From assembly GCA_030765605.1 (NCBI GenBank), contig JAVCCG010000098.1, positions 30,835-94,834 on the forward strand: DNA of 64,000 nt. The letters run 5' to 3'. This stretch comes from Candidatus Alcyoniella australis. Lineage in GTDB: Bacteria; Lernaellota; Lernaellaia; JAVCCG01; Alcyoniellaceae. The position numbers were made by a program, and so were the translations under genes. Position 1 is the stretch's first letter; each line of letters begins with the position of its first letter. Below the pieces are notes generated by a model. The model did not search any database and was not told the DNA's origin. It saw only the letters and a list, made by a program, of their open reading frames with translations. Positions 37,184 through 46,763 of this stretch are shown here, in pieces.

Positions 37184-38428
37184 ATGACGTCGGCGGGAAC
37201 ATCGGGTAACGGCCGTTTTACGCTCAGCGGCGCGTTCCGCGCCCTGGGCAACCGCAACTTCCGTTTGTTCTGGTCCGGCCAGGTAGTTTCGCTCACCGGC
37301 ACCTGGATGCAGATGGTCGCCCAATCGTGGCTGGTCTATCGACTTACCGATTCGGCGCTGCTGTTGGGGCTTACCAGCTTCTTACAACGCGCGCCGATGT
37401 TCTTCCTCTCGATTCCCGCGGGCGTGGTCGCCGATCGGCTGCCCAAGCGCAGCCTGGTGATCGGCACCCAGTTGCTGGCCATGCTCCAGGCCGGAGTAAT
37501 GGCTTGGCTGACGCTCAGCGGCCGCATCACCATCACCGAGGTGCTGGTGCTCTCCACGCTGCTGGGGCTGATCTACTCGCTGGACATGCCCTCGCGCCAG
37601 GCGTTCATCGGCGAGATGGTCGGCCCCTCCGACCTGGGCTCGGCGATCGCGCTGAACTCCACGGCGGTCAACGCCGCGCGGATCGTCGGACCGGCGCTGG
37701 CCGGAGTGCTGGTGGCGGCGATCGGCGAGGGACTGTGCTTCCTGGTCAACTGTCTGTCGTACTTGGCGGTGCTCGCCGGACTGCTGATGATGCGCGTACC
37801 GCGCGCCGCGCCCGGACCCTGGAGCGGATTCCGCCGTGAGATGTTTGCCGGGCTGCGCTACGTACGCGACACCAAGTGCGTGCTCTATCCGCTGCTGGCC
37901 GTGGCCGCGGTGAGCTTCTTCGGCATGCCCTACGTGGTGCTGATGCCGATCATGGCCCAGGACGTGCTGATGCGCGGCTCCCAAGGCCTGGGACTTTTGA
38001 TGGCCGCCGCCGGAGTCGGCGCGCTGATCGGCGCATTTGTGCTCGCCGGGCAGCCCGACGCGCGCCGGCTGCCGCGGATGATCGCACTGGCCGCGCTGCT
38101 GATGGGCTTCGGCCTGACCGGGTTCGGCCTGAGCCGCAGCTTTGCGCTGTCGATGGCAATGATGCTCGGGGTGGGGATGTGCCTGATGATGGTCACCGCC
38201 TCGACCAACACCTATTTGCAAAGCGTGGTGCCCGACAAGCTGCGCGGCAGGCTGATGAGCGCCTACGCAATGGTCTTCCTCGGCGTGGTCCCCTTCGGCG
38301 GCCTGGCCGCAGGCACGTCGGCCCACCTGATCGGCGCGCCGCTGACGATCGCGATCTGCGGCGGGCTGACCATGCTGCTTTCGCTGCCGCTGGGCCGAGC
38401 AATCCAACGCCACTGCCGGCTAGCTTGA
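37184..38428 (+). CDS. MFS transporter (EntS/MFS_3-like)
   Basis: ATG 37184 (MTSAGTSGNGRF...); 12 predicted TM helices; NFRLFWSGQVVSLTGTWMQ N-terminal pattern. Confidence 0.85.
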   Translation: MTSAGTSGNGRFTLSGAFRALGNRNFRLFWSGQVVSLTGTWMQMVAQSWLVYRLTDSALLLGLTSFLQRAPMFFLSIPAGVVADRLPKRSLVIGTQLLAMLQAGVMAWLTLSGRITITEVLVLSTLLGLIYSLDMPSRQAFIGEMVGPSDLGSAIALNSTAVNAARIVGPALAGVLVAAIGEGLCFLVNCLSYLAVLAGLLMMRVPRAAPGPWSGFRREMFAGLRYVRDTKCVLYPLLAVAAVSFFGMPYVVLMPIMAQDVLMRGSQGLGLLMAAAGVGALIGAFVLAGQPDARRLPRMIALAALLMGFGLTGFGLSRSFALSMAMMLGVGMCLMMVTASTNTYLQSVVPDKLRGRLMSAYAMVFLGVVPFGGLAAGTSAHLIGAPLTIAICGGLTMLLSLPLGRAIQRHCRLA

Positions 38429-38484
38429 CCGCGACAGGCCCGGCGTCATAGGTTTGTTTTGAATCCCACAGAGAGGAACCGACG

Positions 38485-39717
38485 ATGTTCGACGTGTTGC
38501 TGAGCCCCGAGGAGCGCGCGGTCCGCGACGAGGCGCGCGAGTTCGTCAAGGCGGTCGATCCGCAGATGATCCGCAAGATGGAGAGCGAGCAGATCCGCTT
38601 TGCCCGCGAGTTCGTGGAGGAGGCGGGTCGACGCAAGCTGCTGGGCCTGCGTTTTCCGACCGAGTACGGCGGACGCGGCCTGAGCTGGGTCGGCGAGTGC
38701 GCGGCGATCGAGGAGGTCGGCGTGTTGGGCAACACCCTGGGCTGCCACTACTCGATGCCGAGCATCGTGGGCGAGGCGCTGAACACCTTTGGCACCGATG
38801 AGCAGAAACGCAAGTTCCTCAAGCCCACCTGCGAGGGTCGGCTGACCTCGGCCGAGGGGCTGACCGAGCCGCGCGGCGGATCGGACTTCTTCGGCGCGAC
38901 CACCCGCGCGGTCAAGGACGGCAACGAGTGGGTGCTCAACGGCCAAAAGCGCTTCGTGGTCGGAGCCGAGGGGGCCGACTACTTTCTGATCTACGCCAAG
39001 AGCGACCCCGAGGCCGAGCCGCACCTCTCGCTCTCGCTGTTCATCGTCGAACGCGATCACGGGGTTAAGGTCGAGCACCTCTACGGCCTGATGGGCTGCC
39101 GTGGCGGCGGCACGGGCCGCATTGTGTTCGAGGACGTGCGCATTCCCGCCGACTGCCTGGTCGGGCCGCAGGGCGGCGGCGGGATGATCTTCAACCGCAT
39201 GATGCTCCCCGAACGAATGACTTCGGCCGCCGGAGCGATCGGTGCGGGTCGCGCCGCGCTGGAGGTGGCGGCGCGTTACAGCAACAAGCGCAAGGCCTTT
39301 GGCCGCTTCATCCGCAAATTCCAGGCGGTGAGCTTTAAGGTCGCCGACTCGGTGGCGCGAATCGACGCGGCGCGCGCCCTGACCTACGTGGCGGCGCGCA
39401 CCATCGACGCCGAGCTCGACGCCCGGCGGATGGTCTCCGAGGCCAAAAAGGTGGCGACCACCGCGGCCTGGGACACGATCAACGACGCGATGCAGGTGAT
39501 GGGCGGCATCGGCTACACCCACGTCTTCCCGGTGGAGCGGCTGCTGCGCGACAGCCGACTTTCGATGATCTGGACCGGGACCAACGAGATCATGAGCCTG
39601 CTGATCCAGCACGAGTACTATAAGGAACTACTGCAAAACGCCGGCAAGACCCGCAACGTGGAAATCGACGCCATTGAGGAAGATGCCGAGGCGGAAGCCG
39701 AAAAGATCTTCGAATAA
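38485..39717 (+). CDS. Acyl-CoA dehydrogenase
   Basis: 410 aa; LTEPRGGSDF, GG.G..., QVMGGIGY, C-terminal helical domain; GAGAGGAA SD. Confidence 0.9.
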   Translation: MFDVLLSPEERAVRDEAREFVKAVDPQMIRKMESEQIRFAREFVEEAGRRKLLGLRFPTEYGGRGLSWVGECAAIEEVGVLGNTLGCHYSMPSIVGEALNTFGTDEQKRKFLKPTCEGRLTSAEGLTEPRGGSDFFGATTRAVKDGNEWVLNGQKRFVVGAEGADYFLIYAKSDPEAEPHLSLSLFIVERDHGVKVEHLYGLMGCRGGGTGRIVFEDVRIPADCLVGPQGGGGMIFNRMMLPERMTSAAGAIGAGRAALEVAARYSNKRKAFGRFIRKFQAVSFKVADSVARIDAARALTYVAARTIDAELDARRMVSEAKKVATTAAWDTINDAMQVMGGIGYTHVFPVERLLRDSRLSMIWTGTNEIMSLLIQHEYYKELLQNAGKTRNVEIDAIEEDAEAEAEKIFE

Positions 39718-39759
39718 TCCGGACCCCCGTCCTGGGTTCCGGGAATGAGGGGGGTGACG

Positions 39760-40200
39760 ATGAGACATGCGGCTCTGTACGTATTGGCGGCCGTTCTGGT
39801 CGCGGCGTTGGCAGCGCCCGCGTCCGCGGGAATTATCGAGAATGCCGTGGACCGGATTTACGACATCGCCGATCCGGTGGCCGAAAACATCCTCGGCGCT
39901 TTGCGCGAGGGCGACTATCAGCGGGCGGTACGCGACTTCGATGCGACCATGCTCGCCGCGTTGCCGCCGGACAAGCTCGCAGTGGTCGACCAGACCAACC
40001 GCGAGCTGATCGGCACCTACCTGATCAAGCGCCGTCACAGCGTGACGATCACCGAGGAGGGCTTCATCGTTGTGCAGTACGCTTGCAGCTTTACCCTTGA
40101 GGATCCGGTGATGGTGCGGGTGGTCTTCCGTCGCGGCGTGGACGACCACAAGCTCACCGGCCTGTGGTTCGATTCTCCCAAGCTGCGGCAGGCCCAGTAG
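39760..40200 (+). CDS. Small secreted hypothetical protein (DUF3887-like)
   Basis: ATG 39760 with GAGGGGGG SD (39745 alternative); signal peptide MRHAALYVLAAVLVAALAAPASA. Confidence 0.65.
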   Translation: MRHAALYVLAAVLVAALAAPASAGIIENAVDRIYDIADPVAENILGALREGDYQRAVRDFDATMLAALPPDKLAVVDQTNRELIGTYLIKRRHSVTITEEGFIVVQYACSFTLEDPVMVRVVFRRGVDDHKLTGLWFDSPKLRQAQ

Positions 40201-40470
40201 CAGCGCCTGGCAGCGAATCTTTAGTCAATTCAATTGAGCCGCGCCAGTCCTAAAAGCACCGCGCCGCAGTGCTGTTGCGAAGGTCTGTGAGAGGAAATCG
40301 CAGCCTTCGCTTGGGAGCACGATTTTAATTACTGTGCTATAGTGCCGCTCGTTGCGACATCCTTTTCGGTAATATGCCGCAATCCGCGAAAATATGAGAT
40401 AGATCAGCAAATTCGGCGGTCTGATCGGCAAAGATCAGGTGAATAAACTGGATAACAACAGAATCGACCA

Positions 40471-41715
40471 ATGGAGAGAGTGATGTCCAGATTCCAGACC
40501 GCTATTTGCTACGTCTCGGCCACAGCGCTGCTCCTGGCTCTGGCCATGGCGCCGCCGCCGGCATTGGCCCACGGCGGACACGGCAAGCCCGAGCTGCAGT
40601 TTATCCTCTCCCCGACCCAGCCCATATCCGACCCCGACGTCGCACTGATCAAAATCGATGGGATCGAGATCTCGCGGGCCGAGTTCCTGGCCTACATCCG
40701 CGCGGTTGCCGCGTTCCAGATGCGCGCCGACCTGCTGCAGCGCGACTTCATGCTGCATTACTGGATTGCCGAGGGGCTCTCGCGTTACTACCCAGCCGAC
40801 ATCAACGAGGTAATGCCGCGGATCATCGTGCTCGGGCCGGACCATCCCAAGTCAAAAGAGCTGATCTCGGACTGGATCGACAAACAGGCCGGGCTGGCTG
40901 GACTTTTCTACTATTACGCACGCAAGGCCCAGCGCGCGGGCCGGGCCGACGATCCGCAGACCCTGGCGGCACTCGACGTGTTCAACGCCCACATCAAGGC
41001 CGAGTTCCTCGAGGACTTGGTCAGCTTAGGCCAGATGGAACCGACCAAGGACGGCCTGCGTCAATTCGTAGGCGGGATCTCGGCCGAGGATAAGCTGGGG
41101 ATCGCCAAATTCTACGCAGATCCGAACAAGGTCGGCAGCGTCCAGCGCAACATGGGCAAGCAACGCTGGGTCGGCTATCGCCGCGAGCTGCTCAAGGACA
41201 CGGTCGTCACACGCGAATACCTCAAGGTCGATTCTCTTGATGTAGCGGCGGACACCGTGCTGCTGACCGTGGGCGATCACAAGCTGACCATGGGACAGTT
41301 CCTGGCAGTCTACGGACCGGTGCCCGACGAGCTGAACTGGAACAACATTAAAAAAACGCGTTGCGCCCAGGTAATACGCGCCTACGCCTTGGCCGACGAG
41401 ATCGACAAGCTGGGGCTGGCGCCGCAATTCCTCGACGAAAAAATCGTGGCCGCGCGAATCTTCTACCTTGCAGCGGACCAAGCGGTGCGCGATTTCGGAC
41501 CACAGACGCTAAGGATCTCCAACCCGGTGATCGACTTCCAGTTCTTGCGCCAAGTGGCGTATTACCTAAACCTGACCCTGTTCGAAAAAATATTCATCGA
41601 CGCCAACATGCAGAACGAGGTCTACCGCAAAATGTGGATCGACCGCGAATACCTCGGCGGGCTGAAGTGGAACGTCGAGGAGGCGTACACCGGGCAGCAG
41701 GCCCAATATTTCTGA
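40471..41715 (+). CDS. Secreted hypothetical protein (414 aa), mature N-terminus HGGHG
   Basis: Signal peptide ...LALAMAPPPALA-HGGHGKPE; first gene of the metal-transport operon; weak SurA-N-like feel only. Confidence 0.7.
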   Translation: MERVMSRFQTAICYVSATALLLALAMAPPPALAHGGHGKPELQFILSPTQPISDPDVALIKIDGIEISRAEFLAYIRAVAAFQMRADLLQRDFMLHYWIAEGLSRYYPADINEVMPRIIVLGPDHPKSKELISDWIDKQAGLAGLFYYYARKAQRAGRADDPQTLAALDVFNAHIKAEFLEDLVSLGQMEPTKDGLRQFVGGISAEDKLGIAKFYADPNKVGSVQRNMGKQRWVGYRRELLKDTVVTREYLKVDSLDVAADTVLLTVGDHKLTMGQFLAVYGPVPDELNWNNIKKTRCAQVIRAYALADEIDKLGLAPQFLDEKIVAARIFYLAADQAVRDFGPQTLRISNPVIDFQFLRQVAYYLNLTLFEKIFIDANMQNEVYRKMWIDREYLGGLKWNVEEAYTGQQAQYF

Positions 41716-42431
41716 TGGTGAACGCGCAGATCCGTGGATCACAGGGCGCGGGGCACACTGTTGATCGCGTGGTCCGGCCGGCCAACGGCCGGCGCGAGAC
41801 CCTGCTGGTGCTGCTGGCCCTAGCTGCGATCATCGCGCTGATGCTGGTGCGCGCCTGCGCCTTCGGCGGCGAGCAACAACAAACCTACCTGCGCCCCTAC
41901 CAGCAACTGGACAGTGTGCTGAGCAACCCCGAGCGTACGCTGTTCCAGAGCCTGCTGGCGAGCATGGGCGAGATCGAGGGCCTGCGCGAAGACGAGGGGC
42001 AGTGGCCTGAGGCAGCGCTGCTCGCCATGGATTCGATTCCGCCGTTCGATCCGCGCTTTTTGCCCTCGACGCTTCAGGGATACCTTTGGACCGACTACAA
42101 CAACCAGTCGTGGGTCGACTACATCGGCACCCTTCCCGAGGCCGGCCAGGGCCGCACCTTTTTACTGCGGCTGATCGATCTGCACGCTGAATACCACCCG
42201 CACCCGCATCCGGGCATTGACTACGATCCGAACATGCGCGTCAGCTCGCAGATCTGGATTTACGACGAGCCCGACCGCTTCTATCCCGGCGAACGCCTGG
42301 CCGAGGCTGGATGGATGTGGGTCGTCACTCCCAACGACCGCTCGCTCAACGCCACAGAGGAGCAGGTCGAGCAGGCCAACCAGGTCTATCAACAGAACGA
42401 TGAGAAAAACGAACAGGAGAATGGGCAATGA
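41715..42431 (+). CDS. Membrane-anchored hypothetical protein (238 aa) with HAEYHPHPHPG motif
   Basis: ATG 41715 shares its A with upstream TGA (TGATG); one TM helix LLVLLALAAIIALMLV; His/Pro-rich segment; acidic Q/E/N tail. Confidence 0.7.
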   Translation: MVNAQIRGSQGAGHTVDRVVRPANGRRETLLVLLALAAIIALMLVRACAFGGEQQQTYLRPYQQLDSVLSNPERTLFQSLLASMGEIEGLREDEGQWPEAALLAMDSIPPFDPRFLPSTLQGYLWTDYNNQSWVDYIGTLPEAGQGRTFLLRLIDLHAEYHPHPHPGIDYDPNMRVSSQIWIYDEPDRFYPGERLAEAGWMWVVTPNDRSLNATEEQVEQANQVYQQNDEKNEQENGQ

Positions 42432-43354
42432 GACTGCGAACGTTCGTCGCATTGCTTGCCATGTTGCTGATCGCAACAGCCGCGCCCGCGGTTGCTGCCG
42501 ACAAACTGATTATCGGCGTGGCGCTGCACCCCTACTACTCATGGGCGCTAAACATTGTCGGTGACCGCGCCGAGGTGCGCACGGTGATTCCACCGGACAG
42601 CGACCCGCACAGCTACCAACCGCGGGCCGAGGATCTGGCCAACCTCTCCAACCTCGACGTGGTGATCTTCAACGGCCTGGGACACGACCAATACCTGGAA
42701 CAGATGATCCAGGCCGCGGGGCGCACTGACATGCCGCTGATCCGACCCAACCAGGGGCTGCCGCTGATCCCGGTGTTCCGCGAGACCTACGAGCTGGTGG
42801 ACGGCAAGCCGCAAATTCGTCAACACACGGCCTACAACAGCCATTCGTACATCGCGATCCTTGGCGCGATCCAACAGATAAACACCATCGCCCGCGAGCT
42901 GGGAAACCTCGACCCGCCCAACGCCTCGTACTATCGCTCCAACGCCCGGGCCTACAACCGCCGCCTGCGCAACATGCTGGGCAACGCCTTGGACAAGATC
43001 AACGAGATCGACGCCGCGGGGACGACCCTGGCCACGGTCCACGACGGCTACGCCTACCTGTTCCAGGAGCTGGGACTGAATGTCTCGGCGGTAATCCAGC
43101 CGCGCCACGGCATCGAGCCCTCGGCGCGCCAACTGGCCGACACGATCGAGCAGATTAAAAGCAAGGGCATCACCATCCTCTTTGCCGAGCTGGACTACGA
43201 CAAGAAGTACGTGGATATAATCTTTCAGGAGACCGGCTGCCGAATTTACCAGCTCAGCCACATCTCCCACGGCGAGTTCTCGCCCGAAAAGTTCGAGCGC
43301 GACATGCAGGCCAACCTCGATTCGATCATCAAGGCGCTAAGCGAGGCGCGTTGA
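42428..43354 (+). CDS. Metal ABC transporter substrate-binding protein (ZnuA/TroA family)
   Basis: Signal peptide; HPYYSW, DPHSYQP, VHDGYAYL family landmarks; ATGA overlap with previous gene. Confidence 0.85.
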   Translation: MRLRTFVALLAMLLIATAAPAVAADKLIIGVALHPYYSWALNIVGDRAEVRTVIPPDSDPHSYQPRAEDLANLSNLDVVIFNGLGHDQYLEQMIQAAGRTDMPLIRPNQGLPLIPVFRETYELVDGKPQIRQHTAYNSHSYIAILGAIQQINTIARELGNLDPPNASYYRSNARAYNRRLRNMLGNALDKINEIDAAGTTLATVHDGYAYLFQELGLNVSAVIQPRHGIEPSARQLADTIEQIKSKGITILFAELDYDKKYVDIIFQETGCRIYQLSHISHGEFSPEKFERDMQANLDSIIKALSEAR

Positions 43355-43357
43355 AAG

Positions 43358-44092
43358 ATGGCCGCGATTCTCGATATCCGTGACCTGAACGTCGAACTCG
43401 GCGGGCAAACAATTCTCGACCGGGTGAGCTTCAAGGTCGAGCGCAGCTCGATTCACGCGCTGATCGGCCCCAACGGCGCGGGCAAGACCACGGTGATCCG
43501 CAGCATCCTCGGCGGCATGCCGCACCGCGGTTCTATCGTTTTTCACAGCAACGATGGCGGCTGGATCGGTCACGTGCCGCAGTTGCTCGAGTTCGACCGC
43601 TCGCTGCCGATCACCGTGGCCGATTTCATCATGATCAGCCTACGCCGCAAGCCGTGCATGATCTGCCGTCACAGTACGATGCGCATGCATGTGTCCCGGG
43701 TGCTCGAGCGCATGGAGTGCGCGCACCTAGCCGATCGTCTTCTCGGCGGACTATCCGGCGGCGAGCTGCGGCGGGTGCTGCTTGCCCAGGCGCTGGAACC
43801 GCTGCCCGAGATGCTGCTGCTCGACGAGCCGACGAGCAGCATCGACGAGCACGGCGCGCGGCTGCTCGAGAATCGGCTGGCACGGCTGTGTAGCGAGCAG
43901 GGTGTGACGATCCTGATGGTAGCCCACGATATCGCGCAAATTTTGCGCATCGCGGATCACGTAACCGCAATCAACCGCACGGTGACATACGACGGCGGAC
44001 CCGAGCGGCTGCGCGATCCTCAGCACCTGGGCCTACTGTTCGGCATCGAGGGTCGGGCCAACGACGCGCCGGTCAAACGGGAACTGGATTGA
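43358..44092 (+). CDS. Metal ABC transporter ATP-binding protein (ZnuC-like)
   Basis: GPNGAGKTT, LSGGELRRVLLAQAL, LLLDEPTSSID. Confidence 0.9.
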   Translation: MAAILDIRDLNVELGGQTILDRVSFKVERSSIHALIGPNGAGKTTVIRSILGGMPHRGSIVFHSNDGGWIGHVPQLLEFDRSLPITVADFIMISLRRKPCMICRHSTMRMHVSRVLERMECAHLADRLLGGLSGGELRRVLLAQALEPLPEMLLLDEPTSSIDEHGARLLENRLARLCSEQGVTILMVAHDIAQILRIADHVTAINRTVTYDGGPERLRDPQHLGLLFGIEGRANDAPVKRELD

Positions 44093-44985
44093 TGGACTGG
44101 TTCTACGAGTTGGTCGCCGGCTGGGCTAGGGAGGGATGGCTGCCCTCGACGTTCGAACACGCTTTCATGGTGCGCGGAATGCTCGCGGCACTGCTGATCG
44201 GCCCGCTGCTCGGCGGCATGGGCACGATGGTGGTAACCAAAAAACTCTCGTTCTTCACCCAGACCGTGGGCAACGCCGCTCTGAGCGGGGTCGCCCTGGG
44301 TCTGCTGATCGGCGAATCTGTGGACGGCACCTACTTCGGCCTCTACGGTTTTTGCCTGGCCGTGGCGCTGCTGATGAATTATGTGCGCAACCGCACGCGC
44401 ATCGCCGTGGACACCGTGATCGGCGTGGTGCTGGCCCAGGTGTTGGGCCTGGGTGTGGTCCTGCTGGTGCTGGTGACCAAACAGTTTAACATCCACCAAA
44501 TCGAGGCAATCCTCTTTGGCAGCCTTATAACCCTACGCGACATCGACCTGTTACTGCTGCTGATCGTCGGTGTGCTGGCAAGCGGCCTGGGGCTGCTGCT
44601 GTTCAACCGCACGATGCTGGTCAGCTTCAACCCGGTGCTGGCCAAGGCGCGCGGCCACAACCCGCTGCTGATCGATTACCTGTTCATCACCGCGCTCACC
44701 GCCGTGGTGGTCGCCAGCCTCAAATTGATCGGCGCACTGCTGGTGCTGGTGCTGATCGTTGTCCCGGCGGCCGGCGCGCAGAACGTGGCGCGCAACCTGC
44801 GCTCGTTCTTTTGGCTCAGCGTGGCGCTCTCCACGGTGAGCACCGTGGCCGGGCTGCTGATCTCCAGCGCCTGGCCGGTTCCCACAGGCGCGGCGATCGT
44901 GCTGGTGGCCTCGCTGTTGTTCTACATGGCGTTGATCCTCAGGCCGCTGTTCGGGCGCTCGGGCATCGGGCAGGGACAGGCCTGA
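44089..44985 (+). CDS. Metal ABC transporter permease (ZnuB-like)
   Basis: 298 aa, 8-9 TM helices, ABC-3 family look; ATGA overlap upstream. Confidence 0.85.
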   Translation: MMDWFYELVAGWAREGWLPSTFEHAFMVRGMLAALLIGPLLGGMGTMVVTKKLSFFTQTVGNAALSGVALGLLIGESVDGTYFGLYGFCLAVALLMNYVRNRTRIAVDTVIGVVLAQVLGLGVVLLVLVTKQFNIHQIEAILFGSLITLRDIDLLLLLIVGVLASGLGLLLFNRTMLVSFNPVLAKARGHNPLLIDYLFITALTAVVVASLKLIGALLVLVLIVVPAAGAQNVARNLRSFFWLSVALSTVSTVAGLLISSAWPVPTGAAIVLVASLLFYMALILRPLFGRSGIGQGQA

Positions 44986-45020
44986 GCTGATAAGCATTGA
45001 TATAGAAAGAGGAGATGAAA

Positions 45021-45791
45021 ATGAGCAAGCGAATGGCGATAGCGATGATGCTTGCGGCGGCCCTGCTGCTGCCGTTGAGCGCACTGGCACATTTCGCCGT
45101 GGTTCAACCCTCCGACGATATCGTCGCGGCCGGCGACTCCAAGACGATCAAGGTCGATCTGCGCTTCGGCCACCCCTTTGAACAGGGGCTGATGAATATG
45201 GTCAAGCCCCAGCAGTTCGGCGTGCTGGCAGGCGGAGAGAAACAGGACCTGCTGAGTTCGCTGCAACTGGTCAAGCAGGGCGATTTCAGCACCTGGAGCA
45301 CCGAGTACCAGATCGGACGGCCCGGCGACTATGTGTTCTACCTCGAGCCCACCCCCTACTGGGAACCGGCTGAGGGCAAGCTGATCATCCACTACACCAA
45401 GGTGGTGGTTCAGGCCCTGGGCCTGGAGGAGGGCTGGGACGAGCTGCTGGGCTTTCCAATTGAGATCCGGCCGCTGACCAGGCCCTACGGCCTTTGGACA
45501 GGCAACGTGTTCTCCGGCCAGGTGCTGCTCGAGGGCAAGCCCGTGCCGTTCGCCGAGGTCGAGGTCTCCTACGACAACAAGGACAAGATCCCGTCCCCGG
45601 ACGAGGTCTACTGCATCCAGGTGGTGATCGCCGACCAAAACGGCGTGTTCTCCTACGCCATGCCGCGAGCCGGTTGGTGGGGATTCGCCGCGCTGGAGGA
45701 CGGGCCCGAGCAGCTGCTGGCGCCCGATGGCGAGAAACACCCGGTGGAAATCGGCGGCCTGATCTGGGTCAATACCGTCGATTTCAAGTAG
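45021..45791 (+). CDS. DUF4198-like periplasmic protein (metal-uptake associated)
   Basis: Signal peptide then AHFAVVQPSDDIV typical DUF4198 start; ATG 45021 has better SD spacing (AAGAGGAG) than 45015. Confidence 0.7.
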   Translation: MSKRMAIAMMLAAALLLPLSALAHFAVVQPSDDIVAAGDSKTIKVDLRFGHPFEQGLMNMVKPQQFGVLAGGEKQDLLSSLQLVKQGDFSTWSTEYQIGRPGDYVFYLEPTPYWEPAEGKLIIHYTKVVVQALGLEEGWDELLGFPIEIRPLTRPYGLWTGNVFSGQVLLEGKPVPFAEVEVSYDNKDKIPSPDEVYCIQVVIADQNGVFSYAMPRAGWWGFAALEDGPEQLLAPDGEKHPVEIGGLIWVNTVDFK

Positions 45792-45799
45792 AGGTCAAG

Positions 45800-46168
45800 A
45801 TGAGAAACATAAAGCTGCTTTTAGTCGTATCGATGTTGGTCCTTGCATCCTCGGCCCTGGCCCACGGGGTCAGCCTCTGGGCCTATGTCGAGGACGGCAC
45901 GGTGTTCATCGAGGCCTTCTTCTCCAACGGCAACAAGGTAATGAGCGGCCAGATTTTCGTGCTCGACTCGAGCGGCGAACAGATCCTCGCCGGCGAGACC
46001 GACAATCAGGGCAAGTTCAGCTTCAAGCCGCCGAAGATCGACGATCTCAAAATCGTCCTGATCGCCGGAGAGGGACACAGCGCGGAATACCTGCTCAAGG
46101 CCGACGAGCTGCGCGGCGATACGCCGCAGCCAACTCCCACGCCCGCGGAGCAGCCAACGAAACAATAG
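45800..46168 (+). CDS. Small periplasmic transthyretin/carboxypeptidase-regulatory-like protein (122 aa)
   Basis: ATG 45800; signal peptide MRNIKLLLVVSMLVLASSALA-HG; beta-rich core; Pro/Thr tail; only the last 122 aa of the 45494 track ORF. Confidence 0.65.
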   Translation: MRNIKLLLVVSMLVLASSALAHGVSLWAYVEDGTVFIEAFFSNGNKVMSGQIFVLDSSGEQILAGETDNQGKFSFKPPKIDDLKIVLIAGEGHSAEYLLKADELRGDTPQPTPTPAEQPTKQ

Positions 46169-46225
46169 GCCCGCATCGACGGAAGATCGAGACGAGACGA
46201 AACGAGCGGCCCGCAGGCTTCCTCC

Positions 46226-46274
46226 TTGACAATTGATACTGAGTTTCAATAAAATGAATTGAAACTTGGTTTCA
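46226..46274 (+). promoter_or_regulatory. Sigma70-like promoter with overlapping palindromic operator upstream of fur
   Basis: TTGACA (46226-31) - 18 nt - TAAAAT (46250-55); inverted repeats AGTTTCA(46242-48)/TGAAACT(46260-66) and TGAAAC-ttg-GTTTCA (46260-74). Confidence 0.55.
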
Positions 46275-46310
46275 TTTAGCCCGCGTTTTCGTGAGGGTTT
46301 GATCGAGGAA

Positions 46311-46763
46311 ATGAAGTCGCCGCTGGAACAGTTCAGAGAGTTCGCCGCTTGCGAAGGCCTGCGCCTGACCCGCTCGCGCGAGGACGTTGTTCGGGCGGCC
46401 TTCGCGCTGGACGACCATTTCAACACCGATGATTTATTGCGTGTGCTGCGTCGACGGCGCTTGCACGCCTCGCGGGTTACGGTCTACCGCACGCTGCCGC
46501 TGCTAATCCGCGCCGGGCTGATCCGCAAGGCCCTGCCCTGCGCGCAGAACGAGCAGCAGCTCTACGAACACGTTTGGGGCTTGCCGCACCACGATCACCT
46601 GGTGTGCGAGGTCTGCGGCCGGATCGTCGAGTTCGCGGACCAGCGCATCGAGCGCGCCCAGCGCCGGGTCGCCGAGGAATACGGCTTTGCACTGAATCGC
46701 CACACCCTGGAGCTGCGCGGCGTATGCGGCGATTGCAGCGCCAATCCCGAGGTAGAGCAATAG
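46311..46763 (+). CDS. fur: Fur-family transcriptional regulator
   Basis: ATG 46311 with GAGGAA SD; wHTH region, HHDHLVCEVCG and CGDC metal sites. Confidence 0.85.
   Translation: MKSPLEQFREFAACEGLRLTRSREDVVRAAFALDDHFNTDDLLRVLRRRRLHASRVTVYRTLPLLIRAGLIRKALPCAQNEQQLYEHVWGLPHHDHLVCEVCGRIVEFADQRIERAQRRVAEEYGFALNRHTLELRGVCGDCSANPEVEQ

Noticed and set aside
40225-40431. 68-aa minus-strand ORF in the AT-rich leader of the metal operon
   Set aside because: It has low GC3, no SD and no signal or domain. The region is better explained as a regulatory leader.
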